Shown here one piece after another: positions 63,896 to 64,000 of a DNA stretch of 64,000 bases (its first letter is position 1; every line of letters begins with the position of its first letter). The notes below the pieces were generated by a model. That model was not told where the DNA came from. It was given only the letters and a program-made list of their open reading frames with translations, and did no database searches. The position numbers and the translations under genes are program-made. Source of the stretch: Carcharhinus longimanus (taxonomy: Eukaryota); assembly GCA_030264375.1 (NCBI GenBank), contig JASCQW010000081.1, positions 87,027,503 through 87,091,502 of the forward strand, in the 5' to 3' direction.

Positions 63896-64000
63896 TTTTG
63901 TTTTGCTTTTTGTTCGTATTCTTAACACTGCAATTAAGTTATGCGAAAATCCCCTCCTCGCCACACTCTTACGCCTGTTAGGATGCAGTGTGGGTAGGTT

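Noticed and set aside
1-64000. tRNA-targeting transposon (Dada or Tx1 type) as the cause of the cluster
   Set aside because: No element inserted within a tRNA gene at a consistent site and no such coding sequence recognised

Overview
Vertebrate draft-assembly DNA with six N gaps. It is most likely from a cartilaginous fish, inferred from the HE1/V-SINE, CR1 and Penelope repeat types. No intact protein-coding gene was found. The window is a dense tRNA gene cluster evolving by birth and death: I read 43 tRNA-derived loci by eye (20 His, 8 Asn, 5 Ser, 5 Thr, 3 Glu, 2 Asp), of which about 6-9 still fold into a plausible cloverleaf. They lie in kilobase-scale direct and inverted duplications, including a ~1.95-kb Asn-His unit, mixed with CR1, Rex1/Babar-like, Penelope, Gypsy, V-SINE and long-TIR transposon relics. 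The most notable observations are an Asn lineage with an ATT anticodon shared among paralogs, a contig whose end repeats its own start exactly (possible collapsed ~15.4-kb tandem unit), a C2H2 zinc-finger fragment inside a CR1 endonuclease domain, and degenerate hammerhead-ribozyme cores. I see no convincing new biological system. All alignments were done by eye against remembered consensus sequences, so boundaries of old repeats are approximate.
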